DNA of 42,104 nucleotides from a virus (lineage: Duplodnaviria; Caudoviricetes). Under the pieces are notes generated by a model, which searched no databases, was not told where the DNA came from, and saw nothing but the letters and a program-made list of their open reading frames with translations. The stretch is from positions 1 through 42,104 of the IMG/VR virus record IMGVR_UViG_3300036773_000089. The stretch is one strand, 5' to 3'. Of the stretch, positions 26,005-34,314 are shown one piece after another; position 1 is the stretch's first letter; every line of letters starts with the position of its first letter. A program made the position numbers and the translations under genes.

Positions 26005-26308
26005 GTGAATCTCCTCACCGGGCGCCGTGGCTACGTCACCGATCAGTCCGGCCCCAGCAAGCCGGCCCCCCACGGTGATCCGCCTTGCGCGCATCCGATC
26101 GGTCGCTTGGTCCGCTGGCTTCGACAAGCCGCGGCCCGGTGAAGTCTCCCGCCGCCATATGGGAGTGCCGCCAGGGAACGGCGGCGGCGGGCAGAGGAGG
26201 AGATCCTCTTAGCCTCGCGGCCCCAGGGCGCCGAGCATCACTGCTGGCTCTGGGCTTGATCGTCAGGTATGGGGACGATCTGCACGCGGGCACCGCAGAT
26301 GATAGGGG

Positions 26309-26728
26309 CTACGGCCCTGGAAAGCGGCGCTCTGCAAGGCTTTGTAGACCACGTTCGTCAACAAACTCCTCGACGTCGTCGGGCAGCGCCAGGCGCGGGA
26401 CGACGAGAGCCTTCGCGCGCCCGTCCTGATGGTCGAAGGCGACGTGGTGGACTTTGCACCCAGGGCCACCGTTGCGGGGGTCCCATTCGAGCTCTACGAA
26501 GTCCTCGCCGGTGAGCCCGAAGAGCGGTGGGTGGTGGCGGATTTCCTGCTTGCCGAAGAAGTGGAACGCCTGCCACTTGCGGTCGTTGGAGCAGGGCCGC
26601 GCGTAGGGATCGAACTGCGCCAGCCAGCACGCCGGTTCGTCGTTGAGGAACCGTGGCGACCTGGGACGCGCCATAGCCGCCTCCCAGAACTCGTGAGCGA
26701 GCTCGGGAGGCGGCTTGACGATCGTCAC
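26309..26728 (-). CDS. HNH/NinG-like nuclease candidate, 139 aa
   Basis: GTGA overlap; C...C...AFHF...DPRNG...CKVHH pattern. Confidence 0.55.
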   Translation of the reverse strand: MTIVKPPPELAHEFWEAAMARPRSPRFLNDEPACWLAQFDPYARPCSNDRKWQAFHFFGKQEIRHHPPLFGLTGEDFVELEWDPRNGGPGCKVHHVAFDHQDGRAKALVVPRLALPDDVEEFVDERGLQSLAERRFPGP

Positions 26729-27327
26729 GACTGGTTGGCTTCTTCGAGCGCCAGTTGATTCGGGTCGACGGCCTCTTCCTCGGCCTCCGACTTGAGACGG
26801 CACATCTTTCCGCAGTCCTCACACTCGGTCAGCGGCACTCGTTTGGCCGGCACCGACTGACCGTATTTGGCGCGGAGCTCCGACCGCGAGAGAGCCTCGC
26901 AATCGGAGAGTGCCTCCTCGAGCTCGACGTCGCCCTTGCGGAGCAACGGGAGCACCACGGCGAGCTTCGACATATCGAGCTCGGCGAGGTCTTCGGTAGA
27001 GACGTCGCGTTTGACGACGAGCTCCTCGTAGACCTCGATTTTCTGATAGGCGTCGCTGCGCCCCATGCTGATCTCCGGCGTCCCGAGCCACGTCTCGAAT
27101 TTGTCGTAGCCGAGCGACTCCCACATGCGGCCGGAGTGGAAGTCGTGAAGGTAGCCGGCGATCGCGATCTGCACCACTTTGATCGCGCCGGTTCCCTTCT
27201 TGATTTTCTCCTCGACGGCGTACGCCTCCTTGGCCGCCCGCTCCTCCGGCGACATACGTTTGGCCGGCGCTTTCTTCGCCGGCGGCTTCTTCACCGCCGG
27301 CGCTTTCTTGGTGGTTTTCTTCGGCAT
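26725..27327 (-). CDS. DUF3102-like protein with PAKK-rich N-terminus and C-terminal CxxC, 200 aa
   Basis: IAGYL.....MWESLGYDKFETWL....MGRSDAYQKI motif. Confidence 0.6.
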   Translation of the reverse strand: MPKKTTKKAPAVKKPPAKKAPAKRMSPEERAAKEAYAVEEKIKKGTGAIKVVQIAIAGYLHDFHSGRMWESLGYDKFETWLGTPEISMGRSDAYQKIEVYEELVVKRDVSTEDLAELDMSKLAVVLPLLRKGDVELEEALSDCEALSRSELRAKYGQSVPAKRVPLTECEDCGKMCRLKSEAEEEAVDPNQLALEEANQS

Positions 27328-27330
27328 CGC

Positions 27331-27825
27331 CTAGAAGGGGATGTCTTCGTCGCGGCCGGTCGTGCCGGGCAACTCGGTCGCGTCGAACTCGGACTTGAGG
27401 GCCTCGAGCGCGCCCTCCTCGCCTGCGGGCAGAGCGACGTAGCTCTGGACCTCGGAGAACGTTTTGCTCGGGTCCTTGCGGCCGGGCTTTTCGCGGACGA
27501 CCGCCTTGGCGACCTTGCCCCTGATCGAGATCCATTCAAAGTCGCCGCCCGGCAGCGCGACGTCAAACGCCTCGTAGATCTGCGCGACCCGGCCGAGAGC
27601 GTCGGCGGTGATGTGAACCCAATCGCGGATTTCACCACCCTTTTCTTCGCCCGACTGTGCCTCGCAGGTGAGCACGACGACGGGGTGATCACCCTCGTAG
27701 CCGTCCTGACCCGGTTCCTTGATTTCCTCGTCGACGACCTTCACGACGTGGGTGCCGGCGCGCAGGATCAACCCGCCTCCCTTCCACGGCTCGACGTCGT
27801 CGAGGTTCATTTTGAAGCCCATCAT
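27331..27825 (-). CDS. Single-stranded DNA-binding protein (DUF669-like), 164 aa
   Basis: AGTHVVKVVD N-terminus, acidic C-terminal DEDIPF, follows Sak4-like gene. Confidence 0.78.
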   Translation of the reverse strand: MMGFKMNLDDVEPWKGGGLILRAGTHVVKVVDEEIKEPGQDGYEGDHPVVVLTCEAQSGEEKGGEIRDWVHITADALGRVAQIYEAFDVALPGGDFEWISIRGKVAKAVVREKPGRKDPSKTFSEVQSYVALPAGEEGALEALKSEFDATELPGTTGRDEDIPF

Positions 27826-28637
27826 TTGCCTCCTTTTTTGGCCGCTTTTTTGGCTGCGGTTTTGCCTTTGGTGTCGTTGCCGTCGCCGGAGGGCCCGTCC
27901 GACTCTTGGACCTCGGCCGGCGCCTCCGTGGCGAGCTCGGTCTGACCGCCCCCGACTGCCTCGATGTACACCGGCAACCACTCGCTGATGTCGATGTCGC
28001 GGACTTTGCCGAGCGCGCCGGAGCGGTCCTTGGCGCGCTTGCCGTTGGCTTCGACGAGCTGCGCGACCCAACGCCGCGGCGAACCCTCGGCCTCGGGCAG
28101 CACGGCGCAGTAGCCGACGACGTCGACCGCGGCGACGAGCTTCTCCGGCAGCTTCTTGCCGCCGGTCATCGGACGCCGGGTGACCTCGCCCTCCTCGTCA
28201 TCCACCTGCTCGTGGCAGATCAGCACGACGTTGATCGGCAAGTCCTTGACCGCCCGCACGAAGCGTTCGATCTTGGTGTTGACGTCGCCGTAGTTCTGTA
28301 GCGAGGCGCGGCCGCCGCCGGCGAGCTCCTCGACCAGGCGCTGGTAGACCTCGCCGACCGGGTCGATGATGAGCGTCTTCTCCTCGCAGCCGTCGCGAAT
28401 GTGGAGGTAGAGGTCGTCGAGATCCTTGCCGCTGGTGATCGGGTACTCGTGGATCTTCTCGTCGCCCCACTTGCCGCGGGCGAAGCGGAGGGCGTTTTCA
28501 CCTTCCGCGTTGCCGTAGAGGATCGGGCCGGGCGCCGAGCTCGCATTGACGGACTTGCCGACGCCGCCGGGTCCGTAGAGCAGGACGTTGATCGTGGGTG
28601 GGACCTCGGTCGGTTTGACGAAGTCGAGTTTGCTCAT
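27822..28637 (-). CDS. AAA_24 / Sak4-like ATPase (single-strand annealing protein), 271 aa
   Basis: LLYGPGGVGKS Walker A, TLIIDP Walker B, VVLICHE, AKDRSG. Confidence 0.88.
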   Translation of the reverse strand: MSKLDFVKPTEVPPTINVLLYGPGGVGKSVNASSAPGPILYGNAEGENALRFARGKWGDEKIHEYPITSGKDLDDLYLHIRDGCEEKTLIIDPVGEVYQRLVEELAGGGRASLQNYGDVNTKIERFVRAVKDLPINVVLICHEQVDDEEGEVTRRPMTGGKKLPEKLVAAVDVVGYCAVLPEAEGSPRRWVAQLVEANGKRAKDRSGALGKVRDIDISEWLPVYIEAVGGGQTELATEAPAEVQESDGPSGDGNDTKGKTAAKKAAKKGGK

Positions 28638-29758
28638 GCTGGGACTGCCTCCTTGTTCTCGGGATCACGGTCACGCTTGGGGGGACGCCGGTCGAAGAGC
28701 GAGTCGACGAGCTCGGTGTCGTGGGGGTCGTTGCAGATCTCGCGAAAGCGGCAGCCCTTGCAGTTCTGGGGCTTGACGTTCCGCACCGGGTAGACCTCGC
28801 CGCTGTCGACGCCGGCGACCTGGCGGCCGAGCGAGACGAGCTCCGTGCCCGACTCCTCGACCTCGCGCTTGCTGAGGAAGATCCGTTGCCGCTGGGACCA
28901 CTGTCGGTCGCCGAGAGCCGCGACCATTGCCTCGTCGACCTCGACCCCGTATTCCTCGCAGGCGGCCTTGTAGAGCTCGGGCGTGGTGAGCTGCGCCTTG
29001 TCCGTCGAGGGCGCGCGCCACACCATCTTTTTGTCGCCGGTCGGCTCCTTCGTCTCTTTGTCGAGGACGTCGACCTCGACTTCGACGCCGACCCCTTTTT
29101 TCGAGTTGACGATCTTCGGCGGTTTCGGTTCCGCGTTGAGTCGCTCGTCGACGATCACGCCGGCGACCGGCCTGCCGTACTCGCGTTCGTAGGCCCAGGC
29201 GTAGTAGCGGATCTGCCGACCGTTGGTGATCAGCTCGAGCGCCGAAAGCTGTTCGCGGAGCTTGAACTCGACCAGCCAGATCCGGCCGTCCGCGTCTTCG
29301 AGCACGCCGTCGAAGAAGACCTGTAGGAAGTAGCGATTCGAGTCGCCTTTGCCCGACCTCGAGGGCAGCGGCACGAGCAGCTCCTCCTCGAGCCGGCCGA
29401 GGCCCTCGAGCGGCACGTCGCGCGTCTCCTCTTCCTCGGCGTACTGCTCGAGCAGGGAGCGCAGCTTGTGGGCGATCTGCGAGTGGGCGACGGCGTCGTA
29501 GACGCCCTTCCTCTTGAGCTTCTCGGCTTCGTCGTCGAGCGACTTGGCGATCGCCATGATCCCGGCGTCGACCTTGTCCTCGGTCGCGGCGTGGAAGGCG
29601 GCAACGCCGGCGCCCCACGCGCTGCCCTCCTGGAGCCGCGTCGGCACCGCTCGTGGCTTGAGACAGTCGCCGGCGAGGTAGCCGCCGTAGTTGAAGTCCC
29701 ACTGCGCCTGGCAGGTGAGGAGGTTGCCGGACTCGGTAAAACTGATCGCTCTTTTCAT
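28634..29758 (-). CDS. PD-(D/E)XK (RecB/Cas4-like) exonuclease, 374 aa
   Basis: FDGVL...LVEFK, QIRYY; N-terminal Cys plus C-terminal CKGCRFREIC cluster. Confidence 0.82.
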   Translation of the reverse strand: MKRAISFTESGNLLTCQAQWDFNYGGYLAGDCLKPRAVPTRLQEGSAWGAGVAAFHAATEDKVDAGIMAIAKSLDDEAEKLKRKGVYDAVAHSQIAHKLRSLLEQYAEEEETRDVPLEGLGRLEEELLVPLPSRSGKGDSNRYFLQVFFDGVLEDADGRIWLVEFKLREQLSALELITNGRQIRYYAWAYEREYGRPVAGVIVDERLNAEPKPPKIVNSKKGVGVEVEVDVLDKETKEPTGDKKMVWRAPSTDKAQLTTPELYKAACEEYGVEVDEAMVAALGDRQWSQRQRIFLSKREVEESGTELVSLGRQVAGVDSGEVYPVRNVKPQNCKGCRFREICNDPHDTELVDSLFDRRPPKRDRDPENKEAVPA

Positions 29759-29988
29759 CGCTGGACGTCCCTTCGGTAACGGCGCTTTTTGCAGGTGTCG
29801 AAGTGCAGGCGGTGACGCGGCCGCGAGTAGTCGCGGGGCAGATGCGCCGGCCGCGCCGTGAGGATCGAGTGCTCGTGGAAGAGGACGAGGTTGCCCTCGT
29901 GGCAATCGCTCTGGGCGTCGACGGGGAGGGTCGCGCCGTTGAAGCGGGCGAACTTGATCGGGGCGTGACAGTCGCGGCAGTTGGGCAC
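29755..29988 (-). CDS. Small zinc-binding protein, 77 aa
   Basis: CRDCHAPIKF...LPVD...GNL...HFDTC family pattern. Confidence 0.72.
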   Translation of the reverse strand: MPNCRDCHAPIKFARFNGATLPVDAQSDCHEGNLVLFHEHSILTARPAHLPRDYSRPRHRLHFDTCKKRRYRRDVQR

Positions 29989-30245
29989 TAGAAGATGTCC
30001 TCGGGGTTGACTTCGGCTGGGCGATCAACCTTGTCCGGCGGGCCGGACAGAACCGCCGGGGCACGACCCTCGGAATTTGCGGCGAGGCGCTCGGCCTTCG
30101 CCCCCTCTTTCGTCCTGCCGGCGCCGGGGCAACGCTTCTTCATCCCCGGCCGCCCCCAATCGTGGGCGTGCATCGTGCCGTCCTCTTTGACGCGCCGGCG
30201 GCCCATGCAGAAGGGGCACTGCACCTTCTCGGCCGAGGGGCTCAC
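29988..30245 (-). CDS. Small zinc-finger protein, 85 aa
   Basis: CPFC-x14-H-x10-CPGAG. Confidence 0.65.
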   Translation of the reverse strand: MSPSAEKVQCPFCMGRRRVKEDGTMHAHDWGRPGMKKRCPGAGRTKEGAKAERLAANSEGRAPAVLSGPPDKVDRPAEVNPEDIF

Positions 30246-30685
30246 TGCTCGCCGCTCCGCATCGCGTCCTCGCCGAGCTGGTTGAGCAGCTTGCGGATGA
30301 ACCGGACCTTCCCGGCCTTGTAGCGGCCGGTGGCTTCGAGCTTGCCGAGCTCGTTGTCGATCGCGTAGAGGGGTGACATCACCACCCGCTCGCGCTTCTC
30401 TCGAGCGAGCCGCGTCTGCTCTTCCTGGGCCTCCCGCGACACCGCCTCGGGCTCGCCGACGATCGCCGAGCTCTGCGAGGACGTGTAGCCCGACTCCTCG
30501 CCGGCGTCGGCGATCGCGGCCGGGTCGCCGGCGTCACGCGGCACGCCTTCCTCGTCGAAGCTGCGGCGGATCTGCTCGTAGTCGGTGCCGTGCGGGCTCG
30601 CGCGGAGCAGGCGCGGCTCGTCGGTCGGGGTGGGTGGATTCTTGATCGGCGGGAAGTCGTCGATCAACACACGTCGTTTCGCCAT
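30242..30685 (-). CDS. Hypothetical protein, 147 aa
   Basis: TGATG overlap with dnaB; starts MAKRRVLIDD. Confidence 0.65.
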   Translation of the reverse strand: MAKRRVLIDDFPPIKNPPTPTDEPRLLRASPHGTDYEQIRRSFDEEGVPRDAGDPAAIADAGEESGYTSSQSSAIVGEPEAVSREAQEEQTRLAREKRERVVMSPLYAIDNELGKLEATGRYKAGKVRFIRKLLNQLGEDAMRSGEQ

Positions 30686-32061
30686 CAGACCGTCTCCCTC
30701 GTTCGATCGTGGCCCGGTGGGGGCTCGTGGGTGTTGCCGACTTCGAGCTCCTCTTGCGGATACTCGGGCTCGGGTTGGAGCCAATAGAAGCTGAGGGTGC
30801 GACTGCTCTGGGCGACCGGGATCGACTTCTTGAAGCCGTTGCGGACCTTGTCGAAATAGATTTCCCCGGTCGGCAGAACGTTCGCGTTCTCGTCCTGATT
30901 GCGGTGCAGGAAGAGGACGGCGTTGGCCGCCTGGGCGAGGGTGCCGGAGCCCTTGAGGTCGACCTTGAGCGGCCGCGGCAGCACACCCTTGAGGTCTTTC
31001 ACCCTCGAGCGGTTGAGGTGGGCGACGAGGATCACATGACAGTTGGCCCTCGAGGCGATCTGCTTGAAGCGGCGGGTGATCGCGGCCGCCGTCTCGGCCT
31101 TCTCGAAGCCGGGGATTTCGGTCACGGGGTCGACGGCGACGACGTCGTAACCGCCGTTGATGATCCGCTCGCAGATCCGGTCGGCCGACCAGTCGTAGCA
31201 CTCGAAGTAGTCGAACGGGAGGCGGCCGTGTTTGTTGGCCGCCTCGAGCAGCTTGGCGATGTGACGCGGCTCGAGCTGGTTGCGCAGGATGCGTTCCAGC
31301 GGCACCGCCGTCTGCGACGTCAACCACCTGGCGGCGCGCTCCTCGCGGGCCATCTCGGTTGCGAAGATCGCGCACTTGAAGCCCTGCTGGTCGAACGCGC
31401 CGAGCGTCTGATCGAGGGCGAAGGACTTGCCCATGCCTTCCCAGCCGGCGAAGACCGACATCTGTTTGCGGCGGTAGCCGCCCATCACGCACTCGTTGAG
31501 CTCCGACCAGGGCAGTTCCATGACCTCGCCCTCGTCGTCGCGGTCGAAGGTGTCGAAGATCTCCTCGAGAATTTCCCGGCCCGACGTCCGTTCGGAGTCG
31601 ATCGTGAAGTCGGCCGTCGCCTGGTCGATCCCTTCGCGGATCAGCCGCGCCGACGTCTCCTCGTCGTGGCGCTCGCGGACCCCCTCGAGGATCATCTGCG
31701 CGCCGGCGAGCTTCGCGCGGAAGTTGGCCGCCGTGAGGACGATCTCGGCGTAGTGGAGGGCGTTGCCCGCGGCCGGCACTTTCGCCGCGAGCTCGGAGAC
31801 GTAGAGCTTCAGCTCGGGGAGCTCGTTGCCGACCATCAGCTCGTCGGCGGTGCCGGTGCGTTCGGCCACCTTCACGATCGCGTCGAAGATTTCGCGGTGT
31901 CGATCGAGGTAGAAGTGTTTGGCGGTCAGGCCCGATTCGGCGCGGACCCGTTTGAGGGCCGGCTCGGCGACGAGCATCGCCCCGAGCACCGACTCCTCGG
32001 CTTCGACGTTCTGCGGCGGCACGTCCGACGTCGCCGGCGGCGTGAAGACGACGTGCCCCAC
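30685..32061 (-). CDS. dnaB: Replicative DnaB-family helicase, 458 aa
   Basis: PPQNVEAEESVLGAML, AGWEGMGKS, AHLNR, DLKGSG..AQAANAVLFLHR, KVRNG. Confidence 0.92.
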   Translation of the reverse strand: MGHVVFTPPATSDVPPQNVEAEESVLGAMLVAEPALKRVRAESGLTAKHFYLDRHREIFDAIVKVAERTGTADELMVGNELPELKLYVSELAAKVPAAGNALHYAEIVLTAANFRAKLAGAQMILEGVRERHDEETSARLIREGIDQATADFTIDSERTSGREILEEIFDTFDRDDEGEVMELPWSELNECVMGGYRRKQMSVFAGWEGMGKSFALDQTLGAFDQQGFKCAIFATEMAREERAARWLTSQTAVPLERILRNQLEPRHIAKLLEAANKHGRLPFDYFECYDWSADRICERIINGGYDVVAVDPVTEIPGFEKAETAAAITRRFKQIASRANCHVILVAHLNRSRVKDLKGVLPRPLKVDLKGSGTLAQAANAVLFLHRNQDENANVLPTGEIYFDKVRNGFKKSIPVAQSSRTLSFYWLQPEPEYPQEELEVGNTHEPPPGHDRTRETV

Positions 32062-32879
32062 TAGTCGCGCTCCTGCTCTTCGCGGATGCGTTTCGCCTCG
32101 GCGTTGACGTCGAAGGTGACCTCGCCGCTGCCCTCGCGTTCCTCCGCTCGATCGAGCCACCATTCGATCCGCGATCGCCACGTCTCGCCTTTGGTCGGCC
32201 GTGGCTTGAAGATCTTGCCGAGCGACTTGTAGGGGCCGCCCTGCCGGTTCTTGTGCTTCCCGCGCTTCATGTGGAAGTCGCTGGCGGCGCACTCGCGGAT
32301 CGCCGTCTCGACCTCCTCGACGTCGGCGACCTTGAGCACGTCGCGCAGGATCTTCCGATCGTCCGGCTGCAACTCTCGTCCGCGCCCGCGGGGTTTTATC
32401 TCTACTACGTACGTTCCCCAAGCCGTGTCGATTCTTCGGGCCTGCTCCGATTTGACGACTGGCGGTTGGGGACTACAGGGGTTTTCTGAATCTTCTTCCT
32501 CTGCATCTTCTTCGTCGGAACCACAGTTCCGGTCCTGACCGGGCCTACAGTTCCGGTCAGGACCGGCACCAAAAAGGGTGTAGATGTTCGGCTTGTGTAG
32601 CCCCTGCTGCGTGACCTCGAGCAGGCCGGCGCCCTCGAGTTCGGTCAGGTACTTGCGGATCTGGCGATCGCCGACACCGGCCAACTCGCCGAGCCGCTTT
32701 TGCCCGACGAAGCACTCGTCGGCCTGCCACGCGAAGGAGCTGAGGAGGCCGTAGGTGAGACGTGCGCCGGCGCTGATCGAGGCGTCACGGAGGATCGCGT
32801 TGGGGATCTGCGTGAAGCCTTCCTGCGTGGTGTCGTCGGCGAAGCGAACGGCCTTCTGGGCGGCCGCCTGGTCGCTCAC
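32061..32879 (-). CDS. Replication initiator with N-terminal winged helix, 272 aa
   Basis: FTQIPNAILRD.SIS.GARLTY...LTELEGAGLL; directly upstream of dnaB; internal iterons. Confidence 0.8.
   Translation of the reverse strand: MSDQAAAQKAVRFADDTTQEGFTQIPNAILRDASISAGARLTYGLLSSFAWQADECFVGQKRLGELAGVGDRQIRKYLTELEGAGLLEVTQQGLHKPNIYTLFGAGPDRNCRPGQDRNCGSDEEDAEEEDSENPCSPQPPVVKSEQARRIDTAWGTYVVEIKPRGRGRELQPDDRKILRDVLKVADVEEVETAIRECAASDFHMKRGKHKNRQGGPYKSLGKIFKPRPTKGETWRSRIEWWLDRAEEREGSGEVTFDVNAEAKRIREEQERD
32523..32566. repeat. Two 20-bp iteron-like repeats (candidate replication origin)
   Basis: ACAGTTCCGGTC-CT-GACCGG (32523-32542) and ACAGTTCCGGTC-AG-GACCGG (32547-32566). Confidence 0.7.
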
Positions 32880-32945
32880 TGATCTCCTCGCATGGTGTGA
32901 TCCCTAATCACGGCGAGGAAGCTAGGGCGGTCTGCGGACGGAACG

Positions 32946-32981
32946 AAAAAGCCCCCCTCCGATTCAGGGTCGGAGGGGGGC
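32946..32981 (-). terminator. Intrinsic terminator upstream of the replication initiator
   Basis: 12-bp stem GCCCCCCTCCGA/TCGGAGGGGGGC followed by TTTTT on minus strand. Confidence 0.85.
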
Positions 32982-33008
32982 GGGGGTGAGGCGTATTCGA
33001 GCCGGGTG

Positions 33009-33038
33009 AACCTACGTCGCCGACGTCCGCCTGGTCAA
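33009..33038 (-). promoter_or_regulatory. Housekeeping-sigma-type promoter
   Basis: TTGACC-N18-TAGGTT. Confidence 0.55.
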
Positions 33039-33163
33039 GCCGTGACCCTGCAATTTGCGACGAGTCGTTGCCGCGACGACCTCCTTTCCGCGGCCTCTAC
33101 CGGCGACCGGCGGGAACGGTCGGGCGACGTCGACGGGGCAGTCCCGGCGCCAGTCGAAGGGCC

Positions 33164-33370
33164 TCATCGGACCTCCCTCCCGGTCGATTCGACGGCCGCG
33201 GCGATCGGCGCCATCGACTTCGGCGTCCGACTCCCGAGCCGCCGGAGCTCGGCTGCGACGACGTCGAGCGCCTCGTTGTCGAGGAGGCGACCTTCGGCCT
33301 CCCGTTTCTCTCGAGCGGCCAGCGCGGCGGCGAGCGTCTCCTCGTGGTTGTTGAACGTGATCGTCGACAT
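33164..33370 (-). CDS. Hypothetical protein, 68 aa
   Basis: TGATG overlap; ORF track. Confidence 0.6.
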   Translation of the reverse strand: MSTITFNNHEETLAAALAAREKREAEGRLLDNEALDVVAAELRRLGSRTPKSMAPIAAAVESTGREVR

Positions 33371-33519
33371 CAGCGTTCAGCTTTCTTACCCGAGCCCTCG
33401 CACTTTTCATACCTGCCCGTGGTCCGGTTGTAGACCTGATGCTCGCGGGCCTCGCCACCCGCCCGCACGGCGACGTCGCGGTGACAGTCGGGGCACTTGC
33501 CTCTAGGCAGCGGGGGCAT
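33370..33519 (-). CDS. Small zinc-finger protein, 49 aa
   Basis: SD GGAGG before ATG 33519; CPDC-x14-H-x12-CEGSG. Confidence 0.65.
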   Translation of the reverse strand: MPPLPRGKCPDCHRDVAVRAGGEAREHQVYNRTTGRYEKCEGSGKKAER

Positions 33520-34132
33520 CGTCGACCTCCTTGGCGATGATCCGGCAGTCGCGGGCCGCGGGCAACACGGCTTCGCGCAGGTGTTCACCTATCCCGTAGG
33601 CGGCGCCCCCGACCATCGGCGAGTCGGGTGCCTCGCTGCCGAACTCCATCTGCACGAGCCACCCTTTGCCCGGTCGATAGGCGAGCCCGAGGACACCCTC
33701 GCCGGCGGCTTCGACGTGCTTGGCGAGCCGTTCGATCATCAGCGCCGTCGACAGTTCGGCGGCCTTCGGTGGCTGCCTCCTCTTCGGCCCTTCGATCTCC
33801 TCGCGGAGGTTGCGGAGCGCCCGACCGAAGGCGACCTCGACGCCGCGGCGCTTGTTCCATTGATCGTCGGGCGACTTGATCGTCACCCCTTTGGCGATCG
33901 TCGACGCCGCCGGCCCCGTGAACGTCGCCGGGTTGCTGCTGTAGATCTCGACCGTCGTCCGTTTGAGGTTGTGCCACCACTCGCCTCTGATCTCGATCTC
34001 GTCGACGACGTCGTGCGTGACGACCGGGTGAGCGGCCGCGTGCAATCGGAAGAGCTCGTCGAGCTGCTCCACCGTCGCCGCCTTCCCGAGCACCTGCTCG
34101 GCGTACTTCCGCGGGGGTAGGTTGTCTCGCAT
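33503..34132 (-). CDS. Hypothetical phage protein, 209 aa
   Basis: SD GGAGG before ATG 34132; G.TIKSPDDQWNKRRGVEVAFGRA motif. Confidence 0.7.
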   Translation of the reverse strand: MRDNLPPRKYAEQVLGKAATVEQLDELFRLHAAAHPVVTHDVVDEIEIRGEWWHNLKRTTVEIYSSNPATFTGPAASTIAKGVTIKSPDDQWNKRRGVEVAFGRALRNLREEIEGPKRRQPPKAAELSTALMIERLAKHVEAAGEGVLGLAYRPGKGWLVQMEFGSEAPDSPMVGGAAYGIGEHLREAVLPAARDCRIIAKEVDDAPAA

Positions 34133-34134
34133 CG

Positions 34135-34314
34135 TCAATCCTCCTCGTCGTGGGAGCGGGCGACCTTTTCGTCGGATCTTTCCTCGAGGGCCTCGGCCGT
34201 CGCCCGCCAGGCTCGTTGATCGGCGACGTTGAGGTTCTCCCACGAGTCGAAATCGACACCCTCGGCGTTCAGCTTTTCGACGTAGAGCTCGAAGAGTTCC
34301 TGTCCATTCGGCAT
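34135..34314 (-). CDS. Hypothetical protein, 59 aa
   Basis: TAATG overlap with the recombinase gene; SWENL..ADQRAWRATA. Confidence 0.65.
   Translation of the reverse strand: MPNGQELFELYVEKLNAEGVDFDSWENLNVADQRAWRATAEALEERSDEKVARSHDEED

Noticed and set aside
25929-26156. tmRNA gene
   Set aside because: About 230 nt, C3-G70 rather than G3.U70, and no recognisable tag reading frame; kept only as a tRNA-like RNA.
28634-29758. Cas4 as part of a CRISPR system
   Set aside because: Sits in the usual phage exonuclease-Sak4-SSB recombination module with no array or other cas genes.
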